In this document: positions 57,793 through 64,000 of the stretch, piece by piece | Layout: the number at the start of each line of letters is the position of its first letter | How positions within the stretch are numbered: the first letter of the stretch is position 1 | NCBI GenBank assembly: GCA_051362555.1 | Contig: CM120640.1 | Coordinates: 16,492,001-16,556,000, forward strand | Direction: 5' to 3' | DNA: 64,000 nt | Source: Lingula anatina | Taxonomy: Eukaryota > Animalia > Brachiopoda | Program-made: the position numbers and the translations under genes | The notes under the pieces: model-generated | Databases searched by the model: none | Seen by the model: the letters and a program-made list of their open reading frames with translations, nothing else | Told to the model about the DNA's origin: nothing

Positions 57793-58054
57793 AACGAATT
57801 TTACTACTGTACACAGAATAAGTAGTACTACAGTTTGAAAATATTGACGTTTGCCTATATTTTGCAGAATTAATGGCAAATATTAATTGCATAATTTTTG
57901 CAAGGTAACAGTATATTCTTCGTTTGCTCGATGTCTTCCAGATCGTTAGGAAATTTGGAAAATTTGGAGTAGAAAAGCAGCGAGCACCTGCCCTGGATTT
58001 TAAATTTCGCTCTGGAGGGATTTAAATTTGAAACTGCCATCACACAGTTGGACT

Positions 58055-61000
58055 ATGGAGTTCTACAGAATAGGTGATACAGAAACCATGTCGATGCAGG
58101 AGCTGATTGAGGGCGACTTGCGATCGGAAATTGATAACATTTTGAGGAATGGAAACCTTCAAGATTTAAACACCAGTTTAAATAATTCGAATAGTGTCAG
58201 TCATCACGTCAATGTCAACGGCCATGTTGCAGCCATCACTTCTTCTGCTGTAATTCAAATTCAACCACCCCTCCAATCTGTAGCTCAGGTTCAGACCACA
58301 GGAGGTAATGTAGACTTAGAATCATCTGCTGGCTCAGAGTTGGGGAATTTAAGCTGGCTTCACAATGTGGATGTGCCCCAGTTGTCAAGACTAGCACAGG
58401 CAGAGAACAACAACCCTAACCTGCTTGTTAATCCACAGACTGGTATGCCTATTCAGACACAAATTGGTCAGCCCATGGCAATCTCCATAGCAGGTGCTGC
58501 TCCTTCCCCTGCTGGCCACGGAGCACCGCAAGTGCAGTATGTGACAATCACTAGTCCAGCAAATATTGCAACTACTGCTCAACAGCCCATGTACATACAG
58601 CAGCCTGCCTCCACTGCAGTATTACAGCAGCATCTACAGAGTCCTAACGGTATGCAGAATCAACAGCAATATTTCCAATATCAGCAAAGCCCTCAGACTT
58701 TTAACAACCAAAGACCTGCTGCGGTCGCTACACAAGAAACGGAGAAAATGTTCCCCAAGCCTGTGTATTCTTACAGCTGTTTGATAGCAATGGCACTGAA
58801 AAATAGCAAGGCTGGGAGTCTGCCAGTCAGTGAGATTTACAATTTTATGATGTAAGTACTAAGGATTAGTTTTTACAATTTTGAATAATTGTGACTGCCA
58901 ATGTTTTCATCTGTTTTGCTTTTATTATATAAAAGAAATAAAATCTGAATTTTTGATAGTGGAAACAACTGTAAGATTTGTTTACAAAAGATGTATGTTT
59001 TGAAAATCAAAGACGCGTTTTACCATACTAAGTGTCTGTTATTCCAGTTAAATCAGGCAGTGAAAAATGAAGACAGATCAACGAAAAGTTATTGAAATTT
59101 ACTTGGATTGAATCAGTGATATATACTAGGAGCAATTTTTATGTTGTTGTAAACTAAGTTGCAATTGTTCCACAGCATATTTGTAGCTGTCATGAGAAGT
59201 TTCTTCAAAATGTCCAATGTTATTTTGGTGGTTACTGTAGCATAATTTCCCCTTTTCTTTTATGATCTAAATCTGCAGAATCACTTTCATTATCACTTGC
59301 CATATCAATTATTCACCCACACACTTATTTATTTACAGAGAGAATTTCCCCTACTTCAAGTCTGCTCCAGATGGATGGAAGGTAGGTATTAATAACTTGA
59401 ACAAAATCAATAAAATTGCATGGCTAATAACCGGGAACTTCTGTGGTCTTTGTTTTCACAGAGTAATGACATCAGTGTTCAATATGAATGTATTATGTCA
59501 AAGAATAGAACTATTATCCATGTTACCGTTTATTTCAAGTCACCTGTTTCATTGATGAATAAGTTATTAGTGTTATATTGTGCACAATACACTGCAGTTG
59601 TTTTGTTTATACAGATTGTGGGCTTGAATGTATTGAAAAACTCACTAACTATAGAAGGTTGTATGGAAATACCTGTTATCAATGGAAACTGCTTGCAAGG
59701 AATGTTGTGGCTCACTTTAAAGGATATAATGACAAAAGAATGAGTGAAGAAATGTTTTATGTGGTAAAGAACACGTGTCGATATCAATTTTTGTATTTTG
59801 TCAAGCATGTTGATATTAATGTGGTTATTGATTTCTTGAAGACTTAATTTTGTCAGCCCATATTAATCATCATTATAGATTGCAGTGTGGAATTGTTCAT
59901 TATGATGAAAAAAGACTTAGATTATAATCAAAATGCAGTATTTTGGTTATTCATTTTATGTGATAGCCTCTTTCATAAATCTGTTTTCTATGAGGGAATT
60001 ATTCAGATACACTAAATTTGAACCAAATGTAGAAATATGCCTATAACAGAAATGCATTTCTTCTTGAAGTTGAAGCAGTTTTTTTTCACTAGGTTCTGTT
60101 AGCCATAATGCAGATCTAAAACAAAAGATAATTATGTCACTTATGTCCATATATATGAAAGCAGGGATGATACTTTGGCCCTTATGTAGTTACCATGTAG
60201 ATATATATCCTGTAATTTGTACTCATTGTACATAATTGCTGCTTAAGTGCTTTGATTACAATAAAGTCACTCTATTGTCTATAAATAGTATTCTCTAAAA
60301 TAAGTGAATGGATATTATTATCAATGACAGAAATCCTGAAGATGATCTGAATGGGGCATATAAGTGATGGACCAAGAAGCTTTAAAATGAAACATGTGCA
60401 GTGTAAATATGTGCCTGACAGGTTTGATTTGAAGAGTTGAGTCACCTAAAAGTTTTCTCTCCTATCAGCAGGAATGTTTATAAACACCTAGTGTTTTAAA
60501 TATACTGTGACCTTAGGATGACCCAGGAAAATCTAAGTAGCACCTTTGAACAAGATGCAGTACATCATTAAATTATGCAGGTGACTTAATCTGGTTGACC
60601 TTGATGATGAAATACAACTAGGGTCATGGGAATTTGATATTAGTTATGTACAGCTCTCTTGCATATTAGATTTCAGTCATTTTAAATCGATTTTGAAAAG
60701 ATTTTTTGAAAGTCTAAAAGTAATTGTGAATGTGACATTTCCAGTTGTAATTATTTTTCTGTTTTATATTTACTTCAGTTGGTATAAATATGTTAGATGC
60801 TTGTTTCTAAATAGATTGGGCTTCTGTCTTCACATATATGTCTAAAATGCATTTCCGTGAGAATGGATACTTGCTTTGGTTCATAATGATATTGCTGTGA
60901 TTTTGCCATGTGCCTTCTTTCATCCACTTGTGTTTAAGGAAAATCAGTATTTATTGCATAAGCCACTTGTAGTGATAATGATGGCTTTTCTGATTGAATC

Positions 61001-63431
61001 AGTTTTGTCAAATAAAGACACATGATTTAATAATATGAGGATTAAGAAAGATTTGGGTTAATTACATGTGAAACCTGTTTGACAATGTTATATCTTGCAC
61101 AAAAGATTGGTCTTGATATGTTAGGATATGATATATGCTTACAGTAGAGCTTGAATATGATGGCCTTGCATAAGCCTATAATGCACTGTTTCTGGAAGTC
61201 CTAGTTTTTGTGCTGAGAAAGAATGACTGCATATGACTACACTTGGCAGACATGATTGATGATTTTTGCATATATTGTATAAAGTGTCACATGATTTTCG
61301 GTTGGAAAATTGTATGTCAGTAATGGTTTGATATTTCCCTTTAATTACTCTCTACCAAAGACCAACTCGGTGATGTCATCATTTTTTTTATGCAAAAAGT
61401 TACACTGGACTGTAAAGAAATGTGCTCTGAATAAGAGAAATATCTGTCAATATCTAAAAAAACTTTCTGCATCCTTGGTACCGAATAACTTCTTTTGAGA
61501 ATTTGGCCAGGCATAGTCCGTCTCTGAACACAAGTTACAACAATTTGCAGTGTATAATAGTCACATTTGCACAATTTTTTTTCATTTCCTTCCAGAATTC
61601 TGTTCGCCACAACCTGTCTCTGAACAAGTGTTTTGAGAAGATTGAGAATCCAAAGGGTGGAGGGACCTCCAGGAAGGGGTGCCTATGGGCCATGAATCCT
61701 GCCAAAATAGAGAAAATGATGGATGAGATAGCCAAATGGAGAAAGAAGGACCCCATTGCTATCAAGAGGAGTATGGCAAAACCAGGTATGTTAAATGGTG
61801 TGGCATGAATTCATGGATTTTTTTTGACTAACAAGTTACATGAATTACAAGTACCAGTATATATTTTTGGTGCTTTGTATGTATTAATCTATATTATGAA
61901 ACCTCATCAGCAGAATTGAGAAGAAGCAGACTTTTTTGTTGGTGATAAACAAGAAATTGAGCTAAACTCTGTCTGTATGTGAGTATACCACTTGTTTTGT
62001 TGATATGCAAGAACCACTTTCTAAATATATTTTGGGGTCATTCAAATGATGCATGTTTTGGCAACAATTTTCAAACAGGGAAAATGGACATTCTGATGGT
62101 CTGAATAAAAGAATGTTTCCATTTTAGTATGAAGTCACAATTTATAAGTAAAACAAATTCATGTACTTTCTGTTGCAGAAGACTTAGATATTCTAGAGAA
62201 AGGAGAAGCAGGTCTTCCTCCTAGCAACAACAGTATTCAAGATGATCCAGAGCCAATGACACCTGAGTACAACATGGATGACCCACGTCTGCTGAAAGAC
62301 CCAACTTTGTTGAAAGATTCTGGAGATTTCTTTGGAACTCTGAATGGATTAGATCATAATCTAGAACTGGATCCTTCTCTGTCAGAGCTAGCCTTACAGG
62401 TAGGATTTGGGTTTTGAATTGTTGAATGAAATATTATTTTGAATTTTTAGGCTAAATGAATACTTGTACAATTAGGGGAAAAATAAAGTTAACTTAAAGT
62501 AATCTTTTCTTTTAAACACTGAAAGAAACTATTGAGTTTACTGAAGCATAACATTAAGTAAATTGGCTGAGAAATTGAGCTAAATTTTGTCTGTATGTGT
62601 ATGTCACATTCTGAAGGAGCTGAAAAAAAAAAAAGTAAAAATGAATACACTTGGTGGGCAATGCTGTCTTTGATGTTTATGAAATAACATTAAATCTGTT
62701 TTCTTTCAGAATGGCATCTGGGATGACTTTAACTCAGACGATCTGAACCTGGACATTCCAATCACCACATCTCCATTTAATATATCGGGATCTTCACTCC
62801 TGAATTTTTCTTCCCCAATGAGCTCAGCATCACCTACTACTTTTCTAAACAGTCCCAAAGTAGGTATGTTTCTGGCATGTTTTTTTTTTTTTTTTTTTTT
62901 TTTTAATACAAACAACTTAAGCAAAATGTTAAATAACAGTAAAGTTTAATTTTTTTTTCACTTGGATGTATAAGAAACCCTTAATTTGTTATTAAGAGGC
63001 AGTAGCTTGTTTCAGTCAAATAATTTAAATTTTGTATGTTTTACGCTGAATAGTGACCTGAGATGATTTTGTGGGCATGTCTTAAGGGTTACATCAATAT
63101 ACCTTTTTAACACTCCTGTCGATGTTTATATATAGTGACCTTTATTCTTTACCTATTGTTACATCCAATTTACAAATCAATAAAATATGTGAAGTGATTG
63201 AAATAATCAACACCTATGCTTGTTTATCCCATTAAGCTATGGTAAAAGTATTCAAGATCACCCTGACGTTTTTAAATTTAAAGCTGACATTACCATCTTT
63301 CAGGTAGCGTAAAAGTGGAACCAATGGAAAGCGCCACTAATATACAAGGCAGTTATATAGTTGAAACCACTTTGTCAGGTAGTGTGAAAAGCCGGCCTAC
63401 AACTCCAAGAACCATAGGGACAAATACATGA
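58055..63431 (+). CDS. FOXN4: Forkhead box N1/4 transcription factor
   Basis: Exons 58055-58851, 59339-59381, 61596-61785, 62179-62399, 62710-62863, 63304-63431; frame continuous. Forkhead domain [76 protein letters not shown], then [18 protein letters not shown], diagnostic of FoxN1/4. ATG in Kozak context ACTATGG. Confidence 0.95.
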
Positions 63432-64000
63432 CAAACTTCTGCAGAACATTAGACTTTCAAATTGAAAATCTGACACACATTTTATCATCACAATGTTTAT
63501 ATGCAATACATACAAGGTGCATAAAAAGTGTATATTATACTGCCAATTATAATGTATGACAAATTGATTTTATAAAAGTAAGCAGATAGAAGTATGTCTT
63601 AAACTGTAGACAGTTTGACTAAAACTAAGGATTATTTAATTTAATCAAAGCTTTTGCGTCCTAATTATAAATGTGAAGGTTTTTAATCCAAAGTAAGGTT
63701 GTTCCTGTTGTAGATTTTCATCATATTTTGGTTAGTTGAATTGATTGATGATAAGCTAAGGGTTTTAAGGTAACCATAACAATTTGGCAGTCTTAATCAT
63801 AGACTAGTCTCCTTTGTGTCATCATCTTAATATTTGTTTATATCTTTTTCCCATGTAGGACATAATGCTGAAGTTTGAATTGTTTTATTTCAATGAGCCC
63901 TTTAAAAATTGTTACACTGGAGGTATACAATCATGGTATCATATTTTTTTCTTTTCTTTGTGTTAAAGGGCCCTGAGTGTAAGGATTTATGTAAAATTGG

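Overview
AT-rich, intron-containing genomic DNA from an invertebrate animal (probably a bilaterian; the taxon cannot be fixed from sequence alone). Gene order: KEAP1 (+, 4 coding exons, 602 aa); an orphan 531-aa disordered protein (-) with a uORF-rich upstream exon and a ~0.92-kb tandem duplication of its splice acceptor/start codon; a ~10-kb CpG-rich, gene-free, repeat-containing stretch; a 7.5-kb single-exon ORF (-, ~2492 aa) for a disordered protein with an N-myristoylation signal and several docking motifs; three intact tandem DHDH-like (Gfo/Idh/MocA) oxidoreductases (-); and FoxN1/4 (+, 6 coding exons). Several MITE/HINE-type non-autonomous elements, palindromes and microsatellites are present. 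Most notable observations: (1) ARE (Nrf2/CNC-sMaf) motifs around KEAP1, and ARE/XRE/MRE motifs in one DHDH paralog, suggesting a linked detoxification module; (2) exon-bounded gene conversion among the DHDH paralogs, all of which lack the family's GGxxxDxxxY Asp; (3) two orphan motif-rich scaffold-like proteins. Exon structures were derived by hand from GT-AG sites and frame continuity. Regulatory and motif calls are predictions.
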